The notes under the pieces were generated by a model that was not told where the DNA came from, did not search any database, and was given only the letters and a program-made list of their open reading frames with translations. A stretch of DNA of 64,000 nucleotides from Promethearchaeota archaeon (GTDB taxonomy: Archaea; Asgardarchaeota; Heimdallarchaeia; Hodarchaeales; Hodarchaeaceae): positions 121,059 through 185,058 of the forward strand of contig JBHLMN010000013.1 of NCBI GenBank assembly GCA_048938105.1. The letters run 5' to 3'. Of the stretch, positions 39,276 to 49,694 are shown one piece after another (position 1 is the first letter of the stretch; each line of letters begins with the position of its first letter). The translations under genes were made by a program, and so were the position numbers.

Positions 39276-40661
39276 ATGGAAGACTTAACTCAGATAGCCA
39301 TAGAAACCGCTCTTAAGATGGGTGTTAGTTTTGTTGATGTTAGAATTGAGAACTCTATTTCAACAAAAATTGAGTTTACTGATGGAATAACAAAAACAGC
39401 TCTTGCATCAAATTTGAAGGGTGCTGGGGTTAGAGCCTTCGTTGATGGAGCATGGGGGTTTGCTCAAACTTCAGATCTCACACCTGGAGGAATGCGTGAT
39501 ACTGCGAAATCTGTAGCCAAACTGGCTTTGGCTACTAGCGGGAATGTGGATGAAAAATTCTCTATTGATGGACCTGTGTTCAATGATAAGGTCAGGATTT
39601 CCGCCAAACGCCCCATACAAAATGTTACTATAGAGGATAAGATTGAATACACAAAGATGATTGATGATCAATCTCATAACTTTGACAAAAGAATCATCAA
39701 CACCCAAACAATCTATGTAGATGTTTGGACTGATTTATACATTGGAAATTCTCTGGGAACAAGTGTTTGGATTGAAAATTCCCTTCCACGAATCTTATCT
39801 TTCGCAACCATTAAGGATGGAATTAGCAGACAACAGGGAGTTCGGTCTGTAGGGGTCAGAGGGGGTTTTGAAGAGATGGAAAAAGAACAACCGCAACATA
39901 TTGGTGAGGAAGCTGCACAATTAGCTGTTGACCTTCTATCATCGGAAGCAGCAAAAGGTGGAATCTATGATGTAATCATGGATCCAATCTTAAATGGTGT
40001 CATGATTCATGAGGCTTTCGGTCATGCCTGTGAAGGAGACATTTGGATTGCACATGCAACAGTTCTTGAAGGGAAAGTTGGAACAAAATTAGGACCTAAA
40101 TATCTCAATATAAGTGATGACCCCACAAGATCAAACGAACGAGGATCATTTGAATATGATTGGGAGGGAACAAAGACAAAGAAACGTTTTTTAGTAAAAA
40201 ATGGTGTTTTAACTGAGCTACTTCATTCCCTAGAAACTGCTTCACGCCTCCACATGAAACCAAATGGTGCTGCCAGAGCTCAAAACTTTACATTTCCACC
40301 AATACCTCGAATGAGTAACACATTCATGGAACCAGGAGACTGGGATGTCGATGAATTGATTGCTGAAACAGATGGAGGAATAATACTATGTGACTTTTCA
40401 TATGGGTACACCGATCCTTCAAAAGGACAATTCAATTTCAAAGCAAACTATGGGTATCTCATTGAGAATGGGGAGAAGGGTCAGATGGTAAGAGATGTAT
40501 CACTTGCAGGTCAAATATTAGAAGTTCTCGCCAAAGTTGATGCGATAGCTAATGATTTTCAAATGGAGCCAGGAACCTGTGGTAAATCAGGGCAATATGT
40601 GCCAGATTTCAGTGGTGGGCCCCATGCTCGAATAAGGAGTGTTCCAGTAGGAGGATTATAA
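39276..40661 (+). CDS. tldD: TldD metalloprotease subunit
   Basis: GVRAFVDGAWGFA, HEAFGHACE, DWEG, PRMSNT and GTCGKSGQ motifs. Confidence 0.93.
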   Translation: MEDLTQIAIETALKMGVSFVDVRIENSISTKIEFTDGITKTALASNLKGAGVRAFVDGAWGFAQTSDLTPGGMRDTAKSVAKLALATSGNVDEKFSIDGPVFNDKVRISAKRPIQNVTIEDKIEYTKMIDDQSHNFDKRIINTQTIYVDVWTDLYIGNSLGTSVWIENSLPRILSFATIKDGISRQQGVRSVGVRGGFEEMEKEQPQHIGEEAAQLAVDLLSSEAAKGGIYDVIMDPILNGVMIHEAFGHACEGDIWIAHATVLEGKVGTKLGPKYLNISDDPTRSNERGSFEYDWEGTKTKKRFLVKNGVLTELLHSLETASRLHMKPNGAARAQNFTFPPIPRMSNTFMEPGDWDVDELIAETDGGIILCDFSYGYTDPSKGQFNFKANYGYLIENGEKGQMVRDVSLAGQILEVLAKVDAIANDFQMEPGTCGKSGQYVPDFSGGPHARIRSVPVGGL

Positions 40662-40662
40662 T

Positions 40663-42036
40663 ATGGAAACAGAGTTATTGGAGATAGGGGAACGTACTGT
40701 TCGGAAAGCTGAACAATTAGGAGCAGATGAGGTAGAAGCTTATCTAGTATCTTCTAAATCCATTTCAATTGATGTAAAAAATAATTTCATAAATAGTGCG
40801 GCTATAAAAAGGGATAAAGGTTGTGGAATACGCTCAGTTATACGTAAAACGATAGGCTATGCCTATGTTACCTCAGTACTTGAACAAGATATTTTTAGGG
40901 TGGCGGAAAAATCCGTAGCATTAGCCAAAGCCGCAGTACCAGATCCAGATTTCGTTGGTCTTCCCTCGTATAAAGGATCATATCATTCCATTGATGGTTT
41001 AATTGATAAAAAAATCGTAGATTTGAGATCGGAGGAAGCAGCAGATATAATCAAAAGAACTGTGGAAGCTACAAAAGATGCTGTGGGAGGTATGAAGGTT
41101 GCAGTAGAAGCAAAAATAACATCTAATCATATGACCAGAGCAGTGGTTAATTCCCTTGGTATATCTAAGCTTGAAGAGAGTACCTTTGTTTCTCTCTATA
41201 GTGAACCGACTGTTAAAACGAGTGATAGTCAAACATCAAGTTATGAATTTCAAGTATCACGTGATCTCAAAGAAATAGACCCAAATTGGATTGGTAAAAC
41301 TGCAGGTGAAAATGCAATTAAACTGTTTAATCCCAAGACAGTTGAGAACGCTGAAATGACACTCTTACTATCACCGCTTGCTTTATTTACAATTATCGGG
41401 AGAGGATTTGGTGAGGCTATTAATGCAGAAGAAATCCAATATGGTAGATCCTATATATCGGACGCGATTGGTGAATCACTTGCATCGGAGGAACTTCATA
41501 TTGTGGATGATGCACTAAGAATTAAAGGAGTCGGGTCACGAATATTTGATGCCGAAGGATTTCCCTCTCAACGAACAGAAATAATTAAGGACGGTATATT
41601 GAAAAGTGTCCTCCATAATTCCTACACAGCAAATAAAGAAGAAGTGAATAACACAGGGAATGCCAATCGGCCCTCTTATTTCGGGGTACCATTCATATCA
41701 CCTTCTAATCTTGTGATTTCACCTGGTCAGGGCACTCAAGAGGATTTAATTTCAGAAATTGATAAGGGGATATTTTGTCGTGATACAGGAGACCGTCCGA
41801 ATATGACTACTGGTGATCTAAGTGCAATGGTGATGGAAGGATTTTATATAGAAAAAGGAGAGATTAAGTTTCCAGTTAAGAATACTTTGTTCGGTTTACA
41901 TATGCGGGACTTATTAAAAAAATTAAAACGAGTTGGAAAAGATAGTCGTGTGATCACAAATGTGTTTGATCCAAAATTTACTGTAATTTCTCCATCTATT
42001 GTGATTGAATCAGCTAAAATTACCTCAGGAGAATAA
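40663..42036 (+). CDS. pmbA: PmbA/TldE subunit
   Basis: Directly follows tldD; FDAEG, TGNA and TTGDLS motifs; lacks HExxH. Confidence 0.9.
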   Translation: METELLEIGERTVRKAEQLGADEVEAYLVSSKSISIDVKNNFINSAAIKRDKGCGIRSVIRKTIGYAYVTSVLEQDIFRVAEKSVALAKAAVPDPDFVGLPSYKGSYHSIDGLIDKKIVDLRSEEAADIIKRTVEATKDAVGGMKVAVEAKITSNHMTRAVVNSLGISKLEESTFVSLYSEPTVKTSDSQTSSYEFQVSRDLKEIDPNWIGKTAGENAIKLFNPKTVENAEMTLLLSPLALFTIIGRGFGEAINAEEIQYGRSYISDAIGESLASEELHIVDDALRIKGVGSRIFDAEGFPSQRTEIIKDGILKSVLHNSYTANKEEVNNTGNANRPSYFGVPFISPSNLVISPGQGTQEDLISEIDKGIFCRDTGDRPNMTTGDLSAMVMEGFYIEKGEIKFPVKNTLFGLHMRDLLKKLKRVGKDSRVITNVFDPKFTVISPSIVIESAKITSGE

Positions 42037-42113
42037 AAATTGCTAAAGATGGATTCTTCTCCTATAAAAATGGATTATGAAAATTAAAGGCATTTACTTA
42101 AGGAATTGTAAAT

Positions 42114-42866
42114 CTAGGCTTTATTATCCCTAATTTTCCTTTGGATTTGTCTAAGTTCTTTCCTGAAAATATTTCTATCCATTTGTTTAGGGTTGTAGAA
42201 TAGTACAACACAATGAGTTGAGGTTTTTATGGCATATAACTCGATATCCTTGAAATTAATTGTACTTGTTGCGTGTTCTTGATTGAGTTTTGATTCTAGA
42301 TTTAATATTTCCCGATAAATACGTGTTATTTGGGGTAAATGAGGAGTTATATTTGGAATGACAATCTTAGTAAAGATAGGAAGCAATAACTTTGTTTCAT
42401 AAATGATGTAGTTATTAGCTGTACTTGAATCATTCATAATTTTGATAAGTCTGTCTAAACTGGACACATCAATGGCAATCATGTCAGTGTATTGATTTCT
42501 GACAGTCTCACGAAACGATTCAAAATCAGCTCGATTTATAACAGTTTGTTTATATAATTCATACGTAAACTGGAGTTCAAACTTCAAAACAATATTCCGA
42601 AGGAAATCCTGAAGTTTTGGATTATGGCCCTCAAAACCAAATAATATACCATTAGTCAATACTCCCTCATAAAGCAAAAGTCGATATTCTCTGTATCGAA
42701 TAACCGTAACAGATTCGCCTCGAGCTTCTTTAAGAGCACCTAATACTGCTGTGATAAGACCAGCTTGGATATCAACGTCTGTATCTATTTTTGAGAGAAA
42801 ATCACCTGAAAAAGAATGAGAGAAAACAAGGATACCTGTTTTGGTAATTATATTAATTCCAAACAT
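42114..42866 (-). CDS. Longin-like domain protein with a second small alpha/beta domain
   Basis: INIITKTGILVFSHSF...AGLITAV...LRNIVLKFELQF pattern typical of Asgard longins. Confidence 0.7.
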   Translation of the reverse strand: MFGINIITKTGILVFSHSFSGDFLSKIDTDVDIQAGLITAVLGALKEARGESVTVIRYREYRLLLYEGVLTNGILFGFEGHNPKLQDFLRNIVLKFELQFTYELYKQTVINRADFESFRETVRNQYTDMIAIDVSSLDRLIKIMNDSSTANNYIIYETKLLLPIFTKIVIPNITPHLPQITRIYREILNLESKLNQEHATSTINFKDIELYAIKTSTHCVVLFYNPKQMDRNIFRKELRQIQRKIRDNKA

Positions 42867-43366
42867 CTGTTTTCAGGATTCCTAGTAATCATTCGAGTAC
42901 AGAATCAAAATATAAGAAGTATATTGGCTTGGTTAACGTAGAACCTGATAATATCAATCTTCATTTATTTTTTCTAGTTCAATTAGAGAAGAGAACTTGT
43001 TTGAATTTTAAGATTATCATAAGAAGTTGGGTACAGCTAATGAAGAGGTTTTTAAAATTGCATTAAACATCGTCAATTGAAAATTGACAAAGCCATGAAA
43101 GTATTTGATGTGGTTTAATCCAGATTTGTTTTGACCAAATAGTAACCATTATCATCATTATTTAGGCCTTATTCCGAGGAAATTTTATTAAAAAGGGATC
43201 TAGCTGAATCTTTAACAGGATTACGAAGTGACTTGAGTAGAAGATCTTTTTTAGCTCGTTTCCGTTTCAATGGTGTAAAATCTTAATATTTCAAGAGAAA
43301 AATTGAATATTTGACTGAATTTTTATCAACTAGATTAATAAAAAAATAGTTATTTTATAGATATAT

Positions 43367-45388
43367 ATGAAATTTAAGATGGTTCAAATGGAAGAGGAAT
43401 TTACTACATTGATAAAACGGGAAGATATCCCGAAAGACGTAAAATTGATATTAGAGAAATTAAGAGACTCATATATAAATCAGAAAAGAGAAACTAAGAG
43501 AATTAAGCTACAAAAAACAGAAGACTCACTTAGAGACAGTGAGGAAAAATATCGAAATCTCTTCCATTTTTCACATGATGCAATTTTCATTTATGATCTC
43601 CAAGGAAATATCCTTGATGTTAACCAAAAAGTATTAGAACTAATTGGATATACAAAAAAAGAAATAATTGCCTTAGATGTTGCTGATCTTCATCCTCCTG
43701 ATATGCTTGAAGCATCAGAAGCAGCCTTTGAAGAAATCGCTAAAAAAGGCTTTGTAACTTTTGAAATCGACTTTAGAAAAAAGAGTGGGAAAAGGATTTC
43801 TACTGAAGTATTCTCAAGGTTGATTGAGATTAAAGGTCGAAAAGTTATACAAGGAATTGTAAGAGATGTCTCCGAGCAAAAAAAAGCACATGAAAGTGAG
43901 GATAAGTATCGAACAATTCTCGAGAGTATTGAAGATGGTTACTATGAGGTTGACTTAGCTGGTAATTTTTCTTTTTTCAATAAGAAACTCTGCAAAATCT
44001 TAAGATACCCCGAAAATGAAATATTAGGGATGAACTATAAGCAATATTGTAGTGAATCAACTGCTGAGCAAGTATTTAAGGCTTTTAATAGAGTATATCG
44101 AACAGAAAGGCCAGTAAAAGGTTTAGAATTTGAATATATAAGGAAAGATGGGACATTAGGTTATGCTGAAGTATCCGTGTCTCTGATAACTGATTCTAAA
44201 GGCATTAAGTATGGATTTCGTGGAATTATTCGAGATATTTCTGACCGAAAAGTAGCAGAAATCGCATTGCAAGAAGCGAAAGAAAAATATCAAATGCTGA
44301 TAGAAAGAATGGAAGAAGGAGTGGTTTTAGAAGATGCTAACGGCTTTTTCACCTTTGTTAACCCTCAAACAGTCAAATTACTTGGATACACGGAAGAAGA
44401 AATACTTAATAAGCATTGGTCCAATTTTGTTGCACCAGAATGTCTACAAATGGTAAATGATGAGTCAAGCAAACGACCAGAAGGTATTAGCAGTAAGTAT
44501 GAAGCAATAGCATTAGGTAAGACAGGACAACGAATCCAAATGATAGTAACAGCTACTCCTCTTCAATCGAAGGAAGGAGAATTTGAGGGGGTTTTATCAG
44601 TATTCACAGATATTACAAGACTTAAAAGAGTTGAACAACAACTATATGAGTCAGAGAGAAGAGTTCAACAAATTAAGCTTGAAGAAGAACGATATCACGC
44701 CATGTTAAGCCATTTTCTCAATAATGATCTCCAAAAAATATTATTTAACCTTGATTTATTAAACAAGTATAGCTTTGGTAGAGAATTAGATCAAGAAATA
44801 ATCACACGATTGATGAGTATTATTCAACATTCTTCTCGAAATATTGATTTAGTTAAGAAAATTTTCGTTGTGCTTCAATCAGAACTCCCATTCAAGACTG
44901 AAAAACGAAGAGTCATAGATCTAATTCACAATACTTTAAGAAAAATTACTCCATTACCACAACTCAAGAATGTTGAGGTTAATGAATCATCTTTTTCAAA
45001 CATCAAGCTCGAGGTGGATAATTATTTTTATGATATGCTTTATGAATTATTATTCTTTATTCTAAGCTCTAATAACCTAGAATCTAAAAAACCAAATGTG
45101 TCAATCACAATCGAAGCTTTATTAGGCCCCCTAAATCTTTGTATCTCTATTCGTGATAATTATTCGCAAACAATACCTCAATCAATAAGTACACAGCTTA
45201 CCTCTCCCATAACAGAAAATTGGGAAACAAGAGGCCATTATCTCCCTATCGCTCTCGCATCTGTCATTATGAAACGATATGATGGGACACTCAAGATTAA
45301 TCCATTATCTCCCAATGGAAATGAATTCCAATTATTATTCCCTCTAAAGATAGTTCAAAACACTCATGCCTCTCTTTCATCATTTTAG
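43367..45388 (+). CDS. Multi-PAS sensor with histidine-kinase-like C-terminus (degenerate ATP-binding domain)
   Basis: Three PAS/PAC repeats (GIVRDVSEQK, GIIRDISDRK, SVFTDITRLK) and H-box SHFLNN; G-boxes degenerate. Confidence 0.85.
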   Translation: MKFKMVQMEEEFTTLIKREDIPKDVKLILEKLRDSYINQKRETKRIKLQKTEDSLRDSEEKYRNLFHFSHDAIFIYDLQGNILDVNQKVLELIGYTKKEIIALDVADLHPPDMLEASEAAFEEIAKKGFVTFEIDFRKKSGKRISTEVFSRLIEIKGRKVIQGIVRDVSEQKKAHESEDKYRTILESIEDGYYEVDLAGNFSFFNKKLCKILRYPENEILGMNYKQYCSESTAEQVFKAFNRVYRTERPVKGLEFEYIRKDGTLGYAEVSVSLITDSKGIKYGFRGIIRDISDRKVAEIALQEAKEKYQMLIERMEEGVVLEDANGFFTFVNPQTVKLLGYTEEEILNKHWSNFVAPECLQMVNDESSKRPEGISSKYEAIALGKTGQRIQMIVTATPLQSKEGEFEGVLSVFTDITRLKRVEQQLYESERRVQQIKLEEERYHAMLSHFLNNDLQKILFNLDLLNKYSFGRELDQEIITRLMSIIQHSSRNIDLVKKIFVVLQSELPFKTEKRRVIDLIHNTLRKITPLPQLKNVEVNESSFSNIKLEVDNYFYDMLYELLFFILSSNNLESKKPNVSITIEALLGPLNLCISIRDNYSQTIPQSISTQLTSPITENWETRGHYLPIALASVIMKRYDGTLKINPLSPNGNEFQLLFPLKIVQNTHASLSSF

Positions 45389-45401
45389 AAGAAATTTTAA
45401 A

Positions 45402-45656
45402 TTAATTTATTAATTCAAGATAGTCCTTGAAATGTGATCTGGGTCCAGGATAAACGGTACCAATTTCAAAATTATTTTATTTTGTATTGCTAGAATTTAA
45501 TTCTTCATGTTCAACAATCATGGATGATTTTTTACAGTTTATAAATAAGTCTCTGGAAAATAAATAACCATTAGCGGTTAAAATTCTAATAGATTCCTTA
45601 GAATGGCCTGGAAGATGTAGTACTATGGCTTTTATGCCGTTTAATGATAAATTGTC
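45402..45656 (-). pseudogene. C-terminal fragment of an MBL-fold hydrolase
   Basis: Translates as DNLSLNGIKAIVLHLPGHSKESIRIL...LFSRDLF...TK*NNFEIGTVYPGPR; decayed PGH, GD and YPGHG motifs; internal stop; N-terminus missing. Confidence 0.7.
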
Positions 45657-45787
45657 ACATCGGAAAGGTACTCATCATGACTAAATTTCTATTTAATTAA
45701 CAATAACTAGGTTGAAAAGTATAAATAATTCCTAAATCATCCAAAAATGGATGCAAAAAATTATTTGTATGCAAGAAGGAGAAAAAA

Positions 45788-46243
45788 GTGCACGATAAAT
45801 CGACTCAAGAACCAATTGTAAGGATAATAAAAGAAGAAGATCTTGAACGAATAATTGAAATCGATAATAAGGTTCTAGGAGAAAGACGATCAGATTATTG
45901 GGAAATAAAACTAGCAACTATCACAAAATCGCCCCTTCCCTCACTTATTGCAGAAATAGACGGAAAAATTGTCGGTTTTGTTTTCGGGGAGGCAAGTGGT
46001 TGGGAATACGGTGTACCAGAGAATATTGGTTGGATTGATACAATTGGAGTGGATCCTGATTATCAAAAGAAAGGTATAGGGAGACTTCTGATAAAAGAAC
46101 TTCTTAACTATATGAAAAAAGTAGGTGTTGATACAGTCTACACGTTTGTAAATTGGCGAGACTGGGATCTACTCAGGTTCTTTGATGCCATGGGGTTCAA
46201 TAAAGGTGATATGATAAATCTCAAGTTCAAAATTGAAGATTGA
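45788..46243 (+). CDS. GNAT N-acetyltransferase
   Basis: IGVDPDYQKKGIGRLL and FFDAMGF motifs. Confidence 0.9.
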   Translation: MHDKSTQEPIVRIIKEEDLERIIEIDNKVLGERRSDYWEIKLATITKSPLPSLIAEIDGKIVGFVFGEASGWEYGVPENIGWIDTIGVDPDYQKKGIGRLLIKELLNYMKKVGVDTVYTFVNWRDWDLLRFFDAMGFNKGDMINLKFKIED

Positions 46244-46244
46244 T

Positions 46245-46919
46245 TTAATCGACTCTTCTCAATTGGGTTCCGCAGTTACTACAATAAAATCCTTCATCAA
46301 GATAACCACAATTTGGACACGAGATTGTGTCAGAATCAGCGAAGCTATTCGAACTTGACTCGATTGGTTCAGACTCTTTTTTCGGAGTTAATCTACGATG
46401 TCTCACTATTCGACCAACCCAAGGTAGTATCAATCCTCCTACAATAGCGATAAGAATTCCTAAAAAAATGAGTTCAATGGAATTGATTCCTAAATAATGT
46501 TCAATCATAGATTCTTGAACCCTAAGCTTTACCTGAGTATTGTACAAAGTGTTATGTGCTTCAAAATAATGAAAATAATAGTCTCCTGAAAGAGGAACCT
46601 GAAAGTCACCAAGAATGACCTCCTCACTAGTAGAATCGCCATTAAAGGAGAAATGAATGCTTAGGTTAACTACTGGGGTTCCATCGCTAAGATAAAACAC
46701 TAAAAATCCCCCACTAGATCCAAAGGGATAGTTTGAACCTGACGCTGAAATAGAATATGATTTTCCTTTCTCAAGGTGAAAACTTCCACTGGTATGAGAT
46801 TCTTGGAGAGAAATTTCCCCATGAGTGATTTGAAGAAAAAAGATGCTAATAAATCCGATTACAAGGCAAAGAATACCAAAAACAATTAGAATACGTGAAA
46901 GAATCTTTGAAGGTTGCAT
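46245..46919 (-). CDS. Membrane protein with extracellular beta-domain and C-terminal zinc ribbon
   Basis: Two TMs flanking a beta-rich domain; CPNCG...YCSNCG. Confidence 0.72.
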   Translation of the reverse strand: MQPSKILSRILIVFGILCLVIGFISIFFLQITHGEISLQESHTSGSFHLEKGKSYSISASGSNYPFGSSGGFLVFYLSDGTPVVNLSIHFSFNGDSTSEEVILGDFQVPLSGDYYFHYFEAHNTLYNTQVKLRVQESMIEHYLGINSIELIFLGILIAIVGGLILPWVGRIVRHRRLTPKKESEPIESSSNSFADSDTISCPNCGYLDEGFYCSNCGTQLRRVD

Positions 46920-47269
46920 AGTTGATCAAACCAAATCTCCTTCTTTTCTAAAACACTATCAAGTTACTAAGAGAGGAGGTGATTTTCAAGACTTTCTGGA
47001 AGGATTAATGAAATTTGATTAGACTTATTTAAGGGGTGAAATGCTCTATTTAATTAGTGTTGATATCTATTTTTATGGAAAATTAGATCCTTAAGAAAAA
47101 TATTATCTAGCTACTTCGCGAATATAATTTCGAAAATTTTTTATTTCTAGGCGCGAACAAATACATGCGTGCATATAAACGTTCATACTTGTAATATGTC
47201 AGTAATACGTACCAATCTTGGATCTAAGAGAATTAAATTACAATTATAGGAATAAAATGTGAAATAATA

Positions 47270-48985
47270 ATGTCTAATCCTCAAGCTCCATGGTTCCAGA
47301 TGAACTCCGATCAGAAACGTGAGGAAATTATTAAAAGGCGTCTTTTAGGTGAATCATTTGCCCAAATAGCTAAGAATCTCCTTGGTAGTGCTAAAAACAA
47401 GTCAACTATTTGGTCTTGGGCACAGAGAAATATGGAAACAATAGAAATCTACCCTCGAATGGCTAAGCTTTCAGCAGAACCTTATGGTCAGTTTTCTGAG
47501 GCTGAACAATGGATTATGTATGACATAATCCAATCATTATACCCACGCTTAGATGCTTTATCAGAACATATGATAACTGAAATTAGAAAGATCCATACAG
47601 AACAAAAACAGAAATTTCTAACAACAGCAGGGTTTTTAGATGATCTTGAAGAGAAGATTATGGGAGCTATCAGTCAAGTATCTAGACCTATTGCATCCTC
47701 AGTACCACAACGACCCCCACCAGTACCTACGAAAGTATTTGCTTTTGGAGCCCCTCCTCCACCCCCTCCACCAGGATCTACCTTGCTAACCCAAGTTAGT
47801 GTTCCTGCTGGGTCAATGGGAGAATTACGCACTGATTTTGAGGAAATGAGTATGGAGGAAATTCAATCTCTTCCTCCAGACTTTTTGGAGGCTCTAACAC
47901 CTACTGATAGGAATAGGCTACAAGATCGTGTAAAAGAACTGAAAAAAATTGAAAAAATGAGCCCCGAGGAAAGAAAGGCATATTTACAGGAAAAGAAAGC
48001 AGAGAAAGAGCGAATGGAAGCAGCAGAAGGTCTTGGAAGTTCACTAACTGCAATGCTTGATGACTCTGACTCTCTGTTTTCTCGAATGCGTCGGGCTGCA
48101 GATGAGTCTCAAGTGGCAGGAACGGGAACATTTGGGAAATTTACAACAGAATATGTTTATTTCTATTGTTTTGCTTGCGGCAAAATGAATCGCTCTGAGG
48201 ATAGTGATTTATCATCTTGTGAATACTGTAATTCTGGAATAGAGCAATTAGTATTAGATGAAGAAAAATTAAATTACACATATTGGGAATGTTTATCAGC
48301 CAAGGATCGTGAGTTTGTTGACTTGAATTATACTCGAGGAACACAAATTGTAGTACGTTCACGTTGGAAAGTGCCAATGGGGGAACCGACAGTTACCAAT
48401 AAGTGCGAACCTGAAAAAGTTCGTGAGATAACAAGTGCTGTTCTCGTGAAAGCGGATCCAGATGAGCAATTTTCGCATTATCTAACCTTATTTAGATTAT
48501 ATGGGCAATTAAACTTACAAGGAGACTTAAGAACTTATCTAGGAGAATTATCAGAAGAAATCCAGAGAATAATTGATCTTACCTCCAAAGAAGCAACTGT
48601 TTCCCAAGCAATCATTATTGTTGAGAAGATTTTATTCCTCCTCGAGTGGTTAGAAGCAAGAGGAGCCATTGAAGCCATTCCTGATTCCCAAGAGGTTAAA
48701 ATTCAGATAGAAAACTTAAGACAAGATCTACAACTCCTGACAAACCCAGATTCACCTCAAGAATTGAAGAAAGCTAGTGAGGTAGGTTATATCACAGGAA
48801 AAATGGACCAACTTCTCAATCGATTTTCCACTATTCTCACCCGATTAGAACAGGAGCTATTAACTCCCTCAAGTTGGAAATGTAGTGAGTGTGAGAATGT
48901 ATTTGAAGTTAAAGATCGCCATAATGTCCCAGAACGTTGTGGTTCATGCGGTAAGATAATTACAAAATTGGTTCCAGTCCAATGA
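47270..48985 (+). CDS. Multidomain protein: HTH, coiled coil, poly-proline, WH2-like motif, two zinc ribbons
   Basis: GESFAQIAKNL..KSTIWSW (HTH); RPPPVP and PPPPPPP; DRNRLQDRVKELKKI; CFAC..CEYC; CSEC..CGSC. Confidence 0.75.
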   Translation: MSNPQAPWFQMNSDQKREEIIKRRLLGESFAQIAKNLLGSAKNKSTIWSWAQRNMETIEIYPRMAKLSAEPYGQFSEAEQWIMYDIIQSLYPRLDALSEHMITEIRKIHTEQKQKFLTTAGFLDDLEEKIMGAISQVSRPIASSVPQRPPPVPTKVFAFGAPPPPPPPGSTLLTQVSVPAGSMGELRTDFEEMSMEEIQSLPPDFLEALTPTDRNRLQDRVKELKKIEKMSPEERKAYLQEKKAEKERMEAAEGLGSSLTAMLDDSDSLFSRMRRAADESQVAGTGTFGKFTTEYVYFYCFACGKMNRSEDSDLSSCEYCNSGIEQLVLDEEKLNYTYWECLSAKDREFVDLNYTRGTQIVVRSRWKVPMGEPTVTNKCEPEKVREITSAVLVKADPDEQFSHYLTLFRLYGQLNLQGDLRTYLGELSEEIQRIIDLTSKEATVSQAIIIVEKILFLLEWLEARGAIEAIPDSQEVKIQIENLRQDLQLLTNPDSPQELKKASEVGYITGKMDQLLNRFSTILTRLEQELLTPSSWKCSECENVFEVKDRHNVPERCGSCGKIITKLVPVQ

Positions 48986-49136
48986 TCATTTTTCTGATGA
49001 TGCACGGATAAGATTAAAAAGACTGATGGCATAATCAGATTGAATAACAATCTCTAAACAAGAACTCACATCACTCGATAAGAAAGAAGGGTTGTTGTCA
49101 GTTCTATAAGGGATTAAAATAAAGAAAAATGTAGGG

Positions 49137-49634
49137 GTGAAGAAGCTGAAATTAAAGATGCCAAATACAACAGCTCTATTAGCATTTAGTCTCTCCTCAC
49201 TTTTACTCTTCACAGGATTTCTCTCCATCGGATTTACATATGTAATTTATCCTTTCCTCGTTCCTGGATATGGCGGAGGAGAACCTTTCTTGCTGACAAG
49301 CTATAACAACTATACTGATACATATCCATGGTTCTCTAGTTCGAAACTCCATTTGACAATTAAAGCAAACGACACGATACAGATCAATATTGATGGAGAA
49401 AATGTCTATAATGGAACTTATTACAAGATATCAATAGAACCGAATGAGAATACCTTAATCACGCTGAAATCAAGTTCTCCTGTAACAGGGAGGTTTGAGG
49501 CATGGCAGGAGCCGCCATGGATGATGCAACTAAGTGTTATTGGTATATTTTTTGCTGGTTTGATAACAACTGGATTATCCTTTGCATATTGGATTAGAGT
49601 AGGAAAATCTGAAAATAGAAAAAAAGCATCATGA
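49137..49634 (+). CDS. Hypothetical 2-TM protein with an external beta-domain
   Basis: N- and C-terminal TMs with a basic tail. Confidence 0.6.
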   Translation: MKKLKLKMPNTTALLAFSLSSLLLFTGFLSIGFTYVIYPFLVPGYGGGEPFLLTSYNNYTDTYPWFSSSKLHLTIKANDTIQINIDGENVYNGTYYKISIEPNENTLITLKSSSPVTGRFEAWQEPPWMMQLSVIGIFFAGLITTGLSFAYWIRVGKSENRKKAS

Positions 49635-49694
49635 GGAAATGATGAGACCATTAGATATACTTTTTTAATCAATCTAGCTGAAGGAAGAAGATAA

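Noticed and set aside
8744-42036. RiPP cluster from SagB-type oxidase plus TldD/PmbA
   Set aside because: The genes are about 29 kb apart with no YcaO or precursor peptide; TldD/PmbA are common housekeeping genes in archaea.
47105-47175. Short CG-rich palindromes (TTCGCGAA, TTTCGAAA, ATGCGTGCAT) upstream of the HTH/poly-Pro gene
   Set aside because: They could be operator sites but are too short and dissimilar to support a call without comparative data.
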